From Holosporales bacterium (GTDB lineage: Bacteria > Pseudomonadota > Alphaproteobacteria > RUG11792): DNA of 64,000 nt. The position numbers were made by a program, and so were the translations under genes. Positions 39,100 through 48,617 of the stretch are shown here, piece after piece (within the stretch, counting starts at the first letter, position 1; each line of letters opens with the position of its first letter). The notes under the pieces were generated by a model that saw only the letters and a list, made by a program, of their open reading frames with translations, ran no database searches and was not told the DNA's origin. The stretch covers positions 617-64,616 of the forward strand of contig JAISBP010000007.1 of the NCBI GenBank assembly GCA_031266135.1, read 5' to 3'.

Positions 39100-40182
39100 G
39101 TGGCCAATAAGAAGATATACATCATAGCCGGTGAGCCATCTGGAGATCTGCTGGGGGCCAAAATTCTGAGGGCTCTGAGGGAAGATGATGTTACTGTTTC
39201 TGGGGTTGGTGGACCGCTCCTACAAAACGAAGGACTGGTCAGCCTATTTGATATCAGGGAAATTTCACATGGTGGCATCGTGGAGCTCATCCCCCATATT
39301 CCCCGGATAAAACAACTCATCAAGATGACGGTGGAAGATATAGTGAAAGCGCGTCCGGATGTGCTCCTTACAATCGATTCTCCTGGATTTTCATTTAGAA
39401 TCGCCAAGATCATCAAGAAACGTAATTTGGGCATTAGAACGGTGCATTTCGTGGCACCAAGTGTCTGGGCCTGGAGACCAAAACGTGCACAGAAGATTGC
39501 AAAAATTTACGATGTTTTGCTGGCTCTCTTTGATTTTGAGCCACAATACTTTCTGAAGTATGGCCTTAGGACGGAATTCGTAGGGCATCCACTGGTCGAG
39601 GATTTTGAGGAATGCGAAGATTTTCCTAAATCAGACACTTTATTACTCATGCCAGGGAGCCGTCTTCAAGAAATAAAACAAATGTTGCCGATTTTCCTAG
39701 CATTTGCAGATGATTTTCATCATGCTGGCAGGGTCGTAATCCCAACGCTCCCACATCTAAGATCGATCATCGAGGGAATGGTGGAATCCAGAGGCATCGA
39801 GATCATTACTGATGAAAAGATAAAGAATGAAATGTATCGGAAGGCCGGACTAGCGGTCGTCGCGAGCGGTACGGCGACCCTTCAACTGGCACTGGCTAGA
39901 TGCCCCATGATCGTGTGCTACAAGATGAACGGTATAACGTATAATATAATCAAACCACTCGTCAAGACGGAGTACATCGCCCTTTGTAATATAGTACTAA
40001 ACGCAAAAATAGTACCAGAATTAATACAGAAGGAATGTACCGCGGAAAATATTATGCGTCACGCATCGAATCTGGATAAAGAATTTCAGATATCCAGATT
40101 CAAAGAACTTAGAGATAGACTTTATAATGACGGTGTATCGCCAAGTAAAAGGATATCAGAGATCATCATTGGAGTAAGGTGA
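39100..40182 (+). CDS. lpxB: lipid-A-disaccharide synthase
   Basis: KKIYIIAGEPSGDLLGAKIL N-terminus and a GT19 layout. I prefer the GTG at 39100. The ORF is open back to the ATG at 39019 through an RPE fragment. Confidence 0.85.
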   Translation: MANKKIYIIAGEPSGDLLGAKILRALREDDVTVSGVGGPLLQNEGLVSLFDIREISHGGIVELIPHIPRIKQLIKMTVEDIVKARPDVLLTIDSPGFSFRIAKIIKKRNLGIRTVHFVAPSVWAWRPKRAQKIAKIYDVLLALFDFEPQYFLKYGLRTEFVGHPLVEDFEECEDFPKSDTLLLMPGSRLQEIKQMLPIFLAFADDFHHAGRVVIPTLPHLRSIIEGMVESRGIEIITDEKIKNEMYRKAGLAVVASGTATLQLALARCPMIVCYKMNGITYNIIKPLVKTEYIALCNIVLNAKIVPELIQKECTAENIMRHASNLDKEFQISRFKELRDRLYNDGVSPSKRISEIIIGVR

Positions 40183-40455
40183 AGGAGCTCTTAAAGATCT
40201 ACTCCATTCATCTGTAACTTCGAACATATCTCGGTCTGCCCAAGTAACTGGTGAGTCGTTTTTCCTTGCTTCTATAAAGGAAAGTAAGAATTCTATTCCG
40301 TTGATTATAGCAGAGCTATGAACCTAGAAGGAAACGATGTGGTGACCAAGGTCATTGTGGCATGTTCTGGCTGACCCGAGGCCGCCTGCCCAGTGTTTGG
40401 GTCGTGGCAAACCGGTCTCGGCGTCCATCAATCGGGTAGCCACCGCTGTCCGTCT

Positions 40456-42615
40456 CTACGCGGCTAGTAAAGCTTCTAACTCTAGCTGATGTATCTCGGC
40501 CACCTTCTGTAGTTTTTGCTCCATTCTCAGCCGGATCAAGGCAAACTCATTGTATCTGCCAGCCCTTAAGGATTGCAACTGGGTTCTAACTTGCGCTAGT
40601 TCGGCCTTTGTCCCACGGTGGGCGTCGCGTTCCAGCCTGAGATCATTGTCATTCACGGCGAGGGCCTTCCTCACACCCTCGATTTCCCCCACCATGATCA
40701 CCAACCGGTTCCTGTAGTCTTGTTGGGATAGGGCGTATTGACTGTATGCAGTTAATACTCCACCGAACGTGTCCCTTACTTCGGGATGGTCAGCAGCCCA
40801 CTTTTGGAGGAGCCCATCCTTGCCCTCATTGTCTGCTCCTGCCTTCACATTCTGTGGAGGGTTGTTGACGACTTGTATGGCTAAGAGTAGTTTGTTGTGT
40901 TGAGCTATTGCTTCCCCTGCCCGGATGTCGAGCCATGCCAAGGATACTCGTGCCTCTGTTGGGAGACACCGTTGCTGGGAATGATCAAATCCAGCTGGAA
41001 CTTTCCACGTCCATAGTGCGTCCGCTATCTGGTCCACCTCGGCGATGATGTTATTGATCGTATTTATTGCAAGTGTGCGGGACTGGGACACAGCCTCTGC
41101 GTATTCTTCTTCCATCTTCTCTACTTCTGCTTTGGTTTCGGCTCGGAGGGTGGAGAACTGTGTCCGGAACTTGACCAGCTCTGCACTTCTCTGCCTTCTC
41201 AGAGCCCTTATACTCATTACTGACTTCTCCCGCCCTTTTTCGGCCTCTAGTCTGGCGTTGTGTTCGAGGTGCCACTTTTTGTTTGCACACTTCATTCCGT
41301 CAGAGTGGGCTTGAATGAGTTTGTCGAGCCCTTCTTTTGCGATAGCCATTTCTCTCCCGAAAGCTTCTCTGACGACTTGGATTTTCCTACGCCCTGTATT
41401 TTTTTCTTGTTCTAGTTTGCCTTCCAATCTCCTTACTTCGGCTTGCTTTTCGTCGCGCTCTTGCTGGGCCTTGATTCTGTCATCTTTCTCCTTTTGCCAC
41501 GCTGCGGCCGTCTTTTCAACGCTCTGCCTAGCTTCCATCAGCGCATCCGCATAGGCTATTTGCAATATTTGAGCCCGCTCGCTGGCTTCACCTCTACCCA
41601 AATCTATTTCTTCCTTCATGGCTTTAAACGCGGCCCTGGCCCCCAGTATCAGTTTCCTCGTATTGTCTTTTAGTATGTTCACTCTCGTTTCGGCTGCGCT
41701 TCTAGCTTCACTCTCGCTTGTGAATTGGGACTGCAGGTCATCCAATTCATGTTCTTTTATTCTCAACTGCTGTTCTGCTGTGAGTCGAGCTTTCTTCTCT
41801 TTTTGCAATTCTGCTTCTTTCTTTTCGGTGAGTTTACGCTGTTCGTCTAGACTGGCGCTCGTCTCCCTCGATTTAGCTGCAGCCAGCTCTAACGCACTTT
41901 GCGCCTGCGCCAACTGCTCGTGCAATCTTGCAACTTCAGCCTGAAATGTCGATGACGACACTGAGTCTTGAGCAGGCCCACTCGTATCTACCTCGTCAAC
42001 TTCCCCTCCCGGAGTGACAATGGCCTCCTGGGAGACGGTTGTAGATGCTATGGCTAACTTCAACTGGGAATACCGGTTTCGTGCGTATTCTGCTAGGAAT
42101 ATATTGTCGTTGTAGAAGGCGAGACTGTCTGTGAATTTTGTCTTCTGTATCGAATCTGCAAAGAGTCCCTTGTTGTTAAATTCTTGAATTGTGTCATTCA
42201 TCTCTATTGCAGTACCTAATTTTACTGTTTTGCCTTCGTGCAAATCTTGAATAAATTTGTATATGCGTTCTTGTATGATTGTGTACATTACTTGCGAAAG
42301 CGACAGTGTTTCACTGCTGTTCTGATACTTGAATATTATGCCTCCGTCTTTGTGACGGATTTCTGTCAACTTTCGTGAACGCAGTTCAATTTGTTCCCCA
42401 TGTACTACGCTTTTTATGAGAGAATCGGTCATGGCACCTACAATACAAATGCTATAAAAATATGCTCCTCTGCAAGACTGATCTATTTCTGTTAGAGGTA
42501 TTTGATATTGATTCAGATGGGCCAGAATCCCATCAGCTGATGCGCTCACAGGATTGGCTCCTATGTGCATAATAAACAGTATGACGATTTTCGTCTTAAT
42601 ACTTTCTTGGTTCAT
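40456..42615 (-). CDS. large secreted coiled-coil protein (orphan)
   Basis: 719 aa with a signal-like N-terminus. The central roughly 450 aa are dominated by E/K/R/A/Q heptad-like sequence with three related KEK..R..A.Q modules. Confidence 0.7.
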   Translation of the reverse strand: MNQESIKTKIVILFIMHIGANPVSASADGILAHLNQYQIPLTEIDQSCRGAYFYSICIVGAMTDSLIKSVVHGEQIELRSRKLTEIRHKDGGIIFKYQNSSETLSLSQVMYTIIQERIYKFIQDLHEGKTVKLGTAIEMNDTIQEFNNKGLFADSIQKTKFTDSLAFYNDNIFLAEYARNRYSQLKLAIASTTVSQEAIVTPGGEVDEVDTSGPAQDSVSSSTFQAEVARLHEQLAQAQSALELAAAKSRETSASLDEQRKLTEKKEAELQKEKKARLTAEQQLRIKEHELDDLQSQFTSESEARSAAETRVNILKDNTRKLILGARAAFKAMKEEIDLGRGEASERAQILQIAYADALMEARQSVEKTAAAWQKEKDDRIKAQQERDEKQAEVRRLEGKLEQEKNTGRRKIQVVREAFGREMAIAKEGLDKLIQAHSDGMKCANKKWHLEHNARLEAEKGREKSVMSIRALRRQRSAELVKFRTQFSTLRAETKAEVEKMEEEYAEAVSQSRTLAINTINNIIAEVDQIADALWTWKVPAGFDHSQQRCLPTEARVSLAWLDIRAGEAIAQHNKLLLAIQVVNNPPQNVKAGADNEGKDGLLQKWAADHPEVRDTFGGVLTAYSQYALSQQDYRNRLVIMVGEIEGVRKALAVNDNDLRLERDAHRGTKAELAQVRTQLQSLRAGRYNEFALIRLRMEQKLQKVAEIHQLELEALLAA

Positions 42616-42855
42616 TCCAATTCTTTCTTTGACACCATACTAGGACGCCCTATCATAGCACAATACTATTTATCCGGATAATATAAATATGGTCATATTT
42701 TCTAAAGCTTACGACTTAATGAGAAGTATAAGATTCCGTTTAGAGAATATGAATTCAGTATTTAATGTGATACGTGTTAGAATTATATTGATTCACCTGA
42801 TGATATTATAATATAATGTCTGTGTAGGGGATACAATCTGAATTATGAAAAGATT

Positions 42856-43416
42856 ATGAGCAATACAATAAAAATAATAGCGATAATGTTAACGCAGTTT
42901 GGGTGCATGGCAGGAGAACTCTTGGTAGGATCAAATGCAACTCATTTGCAAGTAGGAATCGGTCCTTGCCGTAGGCTCCAGGGAGGAGAAACGTTAGTGC
43001 CTCCTATCCAGGGAGAATTGTGGTTGTTTTCTAACTTCTCCATCTGCTTAAACGGAAGTACTCGTAAACAGGCATATGAAGCGCACCATATTTACGAATC
43101 TGTCTGTCCGTCATCGAGCACCTATTTTTATTTCAGGCTTAATAGTAAATTAGAGTGGGAACAATTTCAAGCCGATGATGGGAATGCGATAGAAATTAGG
43201 ACTGGGTCTTCCCTAGTTCGTGCGCTCTATAAAGAAAACATGCCCGGAGTAAGAATCCCCCATATGTTGATAACAATACTCACTGGTTTGCAAGACAGTC
43301 AGCTCTATGTAACCACGCACGAAGGCACGGATTTAGACTTAAAGAATTGGATAGTTGCGTATGACAACCGTCCATTGCAATCGGTGCCTACTGGAATCCA
43401 GCCGGTAATTCCATAA
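42856..43416 (+). CDS. hypothetical secreted protein or lipoprotein (orphan)
   Basis: 186 aa with the N-terminus MSNTIKIIAIMLTQFGC. No domain recognised. Confidence 0.45.
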   Translation: MSNTIKIIAIMLTQFGCMAGELLVGSNATHLQVGIGPCRRLQGGETLVPPIQGELWLFSNFSICLNGSTRKQAYEAHHIYESVCPSSSTYFYFRLNSKLEWEQFQADDGNAIEIRTGSSLVRALYKENMPGVRIPHMLITILTGLQDSQLYVTTHEGTDLDLKNWIVAYDNRPLQSVPTGIQPVIP

Positions 43417-43514
43417 AGAGGAAGTAAGCGCCTATGAAGTTAAGACATATCTTCGATGCATTGCGCTTTATTATATAGTACTCTCCACGAATTAGATTCT
43501 TGACGTATTGCAAA

Positions 43515-46199
43515 TTACTCTTTACCACTCAATAATTTAGATGTGGCTATCATTCCATGGCAATGCTTATAACGTTTCCCCGAACCGCAATAACACATCG
43601 CATTTCGTGATGGAGGTTCCGGTGGCTGAGGAGGGGCTATCGATGCCTCCGCCGGACTTTCCCCATCATTTATACCGGCAAACATTCCCAATTTCTCGAA
43701 GAGGGTTGCCCTCAGATGATCCTGTAAATTGCAATGGAATATTTTCTTGAGTATTTCGAACTGCGTTCTCTGCAGCATTTCTTGGAATATACTGAATGCC
43801 TCAAATTTATATTCATTCAGTGGATTCTTTTGGGCGTACGATCTCAGGTTGATTCCGCGTCTCAGGTGTTCCAGGACGACGAGATGATTACGCCATGAGT
43901 TATCCAGGATCTTGAGGGTCGAATCCTTCTCGACATACTTCATGGTGGCTTCTCCCAATTCCTCCTTCTTGGCCTCGTACGCAACCATCACCTTCTCTAC
44001 GAGATTCCGACACAACACTTCCTGGGTCATTGTTGGGTTAGAGGTAATCTCTTCCGCCTGAAGATCTACGCCAAACGTAGACTTTAAAGTCTCTGCTAGA
44101 GAATCGATATCCCACTCACTGGCGGCCGTCTCCGGAGGAGCCGCAGCGTTCACAATGATCTCTATAGAACTATCAATCATATCATTTATATGTTCCGTGA
44201 CCTCCTCAGCCTCCATAATCGAGCGCCGTTGTTCGTATATTATTTTGCGCTGCTCGTTCATGACGTCATCGTACCTCAGGAGCTGCTTCCGGATATCGAA
44301 GTTATATGCCTCGACCCTTTGTTGCGCTTTCTCTATCGCCTTCGAAATCCAGCGATGAGTTAGGTCCTCGTCCTTCTGGACGCCCATCTTCTGGAGAGTC
44401 TTCGCGAAATTCGGAGAGCCAAATCTTCGGATTAGATCATCCTCGAGGGATAGGAAGTACTTCGACGCTCCGGGATCCCCCTGGCGCCCGGAACGCCCCC
44501 TCAGCTGATTATCAATACGCCTATTGTCGTTCCGCTCAGTTCCGATTACGAATAACCCGCCAACACTCGCGACAAACTCGTGATCCTTATCGATTTCTTC
44601 CTTTATTTCGGCGATCCTTTTCTCGCGCTCAATTGGATCCGTATTCTCGGCGCATTCCTGCTCGACACGCATATCCAGAGAGCCCCCGAGCTTGATGTCC
44701 GTTCCACGCCCAGCCATGTTGGTCGCTATCGTGACGGTGCCGGGAGCACCCGCCTCCGCCACAACGTATGCCTCTTTTTCATGCTGCTTCGCATTCAATA
44801 CGTTATGCTTGATACCATCAGCATTCAGGAGGCCGGATATGTATTCAGAGCGCTCGAGACTGGTGGTCCCAACCAGGACGGGCTGCCGTCTCTCGACACA
44901 CTCCTTGATGAGGTTCAGGACGGCCCTGTCCTTCTCCTCGAGGGAAAGGTAAATCGAATCATCGTGATCGATCCTGACGACCGGAAGGTGCGGCGGTATG
45001 CTCACGACCTTCAATTTATAGATCTCTTCAAATTCGGCCTCTTCCGTCATGGCGGTCCCGGTCATCCCCGCCAACTTTGGGTACATCCTAAATAGATTCT
45101 GGTACGAAATCGTGGCGACGGTGACGCTTTCGGTCTGAACCTGGACACCCTCCTTCGCCTCGAGGGCCTGATGCAGACCCTCAGAATAGCGTCGTCCATC
45201 CATGACGCGCCCAGTAAATTCATCGATTATGAGGACCTGGTTATTACGCACCATATAATCAACGTCCCGTGTGAAGATCTTGTGGGCCTTCAGGGCGCAA
45301 TTTACGTGATAAACAATACTGATGTTACTGTGATCGTAGAGCGTCGATTCCGGAGATAACAAGCCGATCTCCTTGAGGCCCTTCTCAATCTTTTCGACTC
45401 CGGCATCGGTCAATGTAACGACCCTGCTCTTTTCATCCTTTTCAAAATCTTCACTATCTATATTCCGGATGACTGAATCGACGGAGACATATAGCTGCGA
45501 TGCATTATCATCGGCACCGGATATTATGAGCGGAGTCCTGGCCTCGTCTATCAGGATGCTATCCACCTCATCGATGACCGCGAAATTGAAGGGCCTCATG
45601 ACCATCTCCGTCTCCGAGAACTTGAGGTTATCACGGAGGTAATCAAACCCAAACTCGTGATTGGTTCCATAGGATATGTCCGCCAGGTACGCCTCCCTCT
45701 TATCGCGATCAGACATACCACTGATGATGGTCGCTGTAGAGAGCCCCAGGAAGCCGTAGATCTTCCCCATCCATGCGGCATCACGTTTCGCGAGATAATC
45801 ATTGACGGTGACGACGTGGACCCCCTTCCCCGGGAGCGCATTGAGATAGACGGCGAGGGTTGCGACCAACGTCTTCCCCTCACCGGTCTTCATCTCGGCT
45901 ATCTGGCCATTATGGAGGGCGATTCCTCCTATTAATTGAACATCAAAATGTCGCATCTCGAGGATGCGCTTAGAGGCTTCCCTGACGACGGCGAACGCCT
46001 CCGGCAGGATATCGTCTAGAGTTTTTCCATTCTCCAACAGCGTCCTAAATTCGACGGTCTTGTTGGACAGATCCTGATCAGACAGGGCTGAAATGGACGA
46101 TTCCAGACCATTGATTTGCTTAACTATTTTTTCATATTGTTTAATAATTTTGGTATTATGATTTCCGAATAATTTTAAAAAGAACGGCGTACCAGACAT
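43515..46199 (-). CDS. secA: preprotein translocase ATPase SecA
   Basis: 894 aa with Walker A MKTGEGKTLVA, DEVDSILIDEARTPLIISG, and the C-terminal zinc motif CYCGSGKRYKHCHG. Confidence 0.95.
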   Translation of the reverse strand: MSGTPFFLKLFGNHNTKIIKQYEKIVKQINGLESSISALSDQDLSNKTVEFRTLLENGKTLDDILPEAFAVVREASKRILEMRHFDVQLIGGIALHNGQIAEMKTGEGKTLVATLAVYLNALPGKGVHVVTVNDYLAKRDAAWMGKIYGFLGLSTATIISGMSDRDKREAYLADISYGTNHEFGFDYLRDNLKFSETEMVMRPFNFAVIDEVDSILIDEARTPLIISGADDNASQLYVSVDSVIRNIDSEDFEKDEKSRVVTLTDAGVEKIEKGLKEIGLLSPESTLYDHSNISIVYHVNCALKAHKIFTRDVDYMVRNNQVLIIDEFTGRVMDGRRYSEGLHQALEAKEGVQVQTESVTVATISYQNLFRMYPKLAGMTGTAMTEEAEFEEIYKLKVVSIPPHLPVVRIDHDDSIYLSLEEKDRAVLNLIKECVERRQPVLVGTTSLERSEYISGLLNADGIKHNVLNAKQHEKEAYVVAEAGAPGTVTIATNMAGRGTDIKLGGSLDMRVEQECAENTDPIEREKRIAEIKEEIDKDHEFVASVGGLFVIGTERNDNRRIDNQLRGRSGRQGDPGASKYFLSLEDDLIRRFGSPNFAKTLQKMGVQKDEDLTHRWISKAIEKAQQRVEAYNFDIRKQLLRYDDVMNEQRKIIYEQRRSIMEAEEVTEHINDMIDSSIEIIVNAAAPPETAASEWDIDSLAETLKSTFGVDLQAEEITSNPTMTQEVLCRNLVEKVMVAYEAKKEELGEATMKYVEKDSTLKILDNSWRNHLVVLEHLRRGINLRSYAQKNPLNEYKFEAFSIFQEMLQRTQFEILKKIFHCNLQDHLRATLFEKLGMFAGINDGESPAEASIAPPQPPEPPSRNAMCYCGSGKRYKHCHGMIATSKLLSGKE

Positions 46200-46377
46200 T
46201 TTCCAGAGTTAATTACAGCGATATCCCATGAATTTATGATAAACCAAACTTTATGCGAAAACCACACAATATGTTGAGGGGGGCATGAATTACCACTAAA
46301 GAATGATCAGAGTTCATCCGAGTTATGTTTTGATGCATAGGAGAAATATATCCAGCAATAAATATTTCTTTCTTGCA

Positions 46378-46582
46378 CAAAAATATTTTTTGTTTCACGG
46401 GAAATATTCCCTGAAAATTAACGGATTCTTAATGTTTTTACGCTATTTTCATATACACCACCGCCGACCCCCACCCACCCGGGATACTACCATGTTTCGC
46501 TTAATAAAACGTTAATGACTCCATAAATTTAACGTTGATAGTTGGTTATGGCGGAGATCAGACGCACTCTAGGATTTAGCCT
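46378..46582 (+). repeat. repeat family B, copy 2 (longest)
   Basis: CACGGGAAATATTCCCTGAAAATTAACGGATTCTTAATG ... ACCCCCACCCACCCGGGATACTACC ... TTAATAAAACGTTAA ... CTAGGATTTAGCC. Confidence 0.8.
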
Positions 46583-46598
46583 TAGGAATCATCCAACA

Positions 46599-47783
46599 TT
46601 ACGCTGCAGTGGACGGCTTCGCTTGGGACGGAGGAGCATGCTTACTTCGAAGATCTCGAGCCGCCTGTGAATTATGGCATTCCCGAACTATGTCTTGAAT
46701 CTGGTCCAGTGCCTCTATTCTGCGTTTGAGGTATAGCGGGAATAGTTCCTCGATTTCTCCTGGTCTGGGCGCATATCCTGCTTGGGAAAGGAGCTGGCTG
46801 AAGTCCGGAAGCGAAATTTTATGATGGCTCTCTCTAGTTCTAACCTGACCTTGTCTTCTTGTTGACAACTGCGAAGCATTCTCGTTAACTGTACAGTACC
46901 TAAGAACTCCATCCGACTCCGAAAGTCCAGTCATAGCCTTGAACACGTGATTGTTGTGATAGGCTTGTATGAGAACCATCTTATTTGAAAAAATTTCTCT
47001 TAATGGACCTTTGTTCGGATACTTCGCAGGATCAGGTTGATCCAATGCTGCAGCCCAAGCTCCAATTTGAGCTGTAAGAGGAGGGGAACAGTCCACGAGA
47101 TGTAGTGCTATTCCAAAGCCGGTTCCTGCAATTACTGAGCATAATGTGAAAAACAGTCTTTCATGGAAAGTAAGTTCGGTGACTACTCGCTCGTGTCCTT
47201 CCCCCGTTCGTGAATTCAGCAGGACGAAGGTGGTTTCATGTTTGAGTTCATTTAGCACAATACCGTAATGGTTTGCATCAGCATGGACAGATTTGTCTGC
47301 TCGGACGAATTCAGGATCGGTTGGGAGCTGGGTAAGTACTGCCCTGATCATGGGTTCCATGTATGGCATATCCATCTCTCCCATCGCTTGAGCTAATTCT
47401 TCCGCTTTTTTCTGTTTCCGGGCATCATAGTACTGTGAAAGGCAGGCATGCGTAGCTGACGCTTTCCCGTGGAATATTGTTAGATTAGGCGCAGTCTTCT
47501 GCAGAAGACACAGAAGCATGCGCCCTACGGGGTATTTGCTAAATTCTTCACAGCATCCTTTCGTCAACGCATTTGCTTTTCCATCATAGGGGGTAATTAT
47601 TCCTAGCTGCTTTAATTTATCATAACTTGGGATTGGTTCGCCTTTACTGGAGAGCATGGTCTCCAACAAAATCGTAAATTTGTCTGTTTGATAGGCTATT
47701 GGTTCGAGTGTTGGGACTGATGCACTAGCGTTACACACGATCCCGACCATGCAAACTAATGCCGTAAACACTATCTTAATCAT
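46599..47783 (-). CDS. hypothetical secreted protein (orphan)
   Basis: 394 aa with the signal peptide MIKIVFTALVCMVGIVCNASA. No domain recognised. Confidence 0.6.
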   Translation of the reverse strand: MIKIVFTALVCMVGIVCNASASVPTLEPIAYQTDKFTILLETMLSSKGEPIPSYDKLKQLGIITPYDGKANALTKGCCEEFSKYPVGRMLLCLLQKTAPNLTIFHGKASATHACLSQYYDARKQKKAEELAQAMGEMDMPYMEPMIRAVLTQLPTDPEFVRADKSVHADANHYGIVLNELKHETTFVLLNSRTGEGHERVVTELTFHERLFFTLCSVIAGTGFGIALHLVDCSPPLTAQIGAWAAALDQPDPAKYPNKGPLREIFSNKMVLIQAYHNNHVFKAMTGLSESDGVLRYCTVNENASQLSTRRQGQVRTRESHHKISLPDFSQLLSQAGYAPRPGEIEELFPLYLKRRIEALDQIQDIVRECHNSQAARDLRSKHAPPSQAKPSTAA

Positions 47784-48012
47784 AACATTCCTCTATTTAA
47801 TAATTATCCGTATCGTATAATACAATGATCGTTATGTCAAACAATATTAAGAATAGTATACATACGGTGTTCCCATATTCTCTATCAATTTCCAATAAAT
47901 CTGGCTCTGGAGTTTGGACATTATGGGCTTTCGAAACTATCGTTAATCGCATAAGATGGTGATACATAATGTAGAAGCATGGAATATTGCGCGGTGTGCC
48001 CAATAAAATTGA

Positions 48013-48300
48013 ATGATGAATAAGTGGATGTTTATTATCGGTATTGTGTGCTCAATGTTTTTGTTTTTTATTTCTGGAACATTGGTCGGATATTCTGTCT
48101 GTGATAAAGTAACAAAATGTCATGATGCTAAGAATGGGAAGCCGCCAAGAGCTCCGAAACCAGATAAAACGACGACAAGGTTGATGCCGATGCCACTCCC
48201 TAGTCGCCATAATGTACTGACGCCCAGAATCCGAACACCGAGTCACCCGGCTATAGCGATGGCTCAGGCCTATAGACCACGATTAACAAAATCAAAGTAA
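48013..48300 (+). CDS. small membrane-anchored basic, Pro-rich protein (orphan)
   Basis: 95 aa with one N-terminal TM helix and a Pro/Arg/Lys-rich tail. Weak support. Confidence 0.3.
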   Translation: MMNKWMFIIGIVCSMFLFFISGTLVGYSVCDKVTKCHDAKNGKPPRAPKPDKTTTRLMPMPLPSRHNVLTPRIRTPSHPAIAMAQAYRPRLTKSK

Positions 48301-48319
48301 AGTAAATCAATCTTATGAA

Positions 48320-48455
48320 TAGACCTCTTCCTAAACTCTCCATAACCAGTCTTCTGTTGCGTCGATACGGTACTCAAATCCTCATGTACATTCTGGTTCT
48401 GCGTTCCGTTTCTCCTTTCATAAGATCTGATTCTGGAGGTTTTGAAAAAAGTCTA
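48320..48455 (+). repeat. RPE-like element, 136-bp copy with a small internal deletion
   Basis: TAGACCTCTTCCTAAACTCTCCATAACCAG ... GATCTGATTCTGGAGGTTTTGAAAAAAGTCTA. Confidence 0.85.
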
Positions 48456-48617
48456 ATGTTTTGCTCTCTGTTATGCAACTGCCTTACCAAATCATAAGCT
48501 CTTCGAAATATTGAAAAAGGATGAGGGAATTTTGGTAGTAGTTTTGATGTTTAATTTTGAACTTATCCGTAATACACTGATTTTGTGGGAGGGCAATGCG
48601 TTTCTGTGTTTTTTTGA

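Noticed and set aside
44580-45095. Long antisense ORFs inside secA, with similar ones inside gyrA, dnaK, lepA, the ppiD-like gene and lptA (for example 34558-34947, 52350-52832, 59626-60123, 23811-24320, 14911-15372)
   Set aside because: Each lies opposite a strongly supported conserved gene and has a low-complexity or Ser/Arg/Pro-rich composition typical of shadow ORFs.
46303-46515. 70-aa ORF inside repeat B copy 2
   Set aside because: It lies entirely in a repeated non-coding-looking element. The other copies do not keep the frame, and the composition (His/Arg/Pro/Phe runs) is not protein-like.
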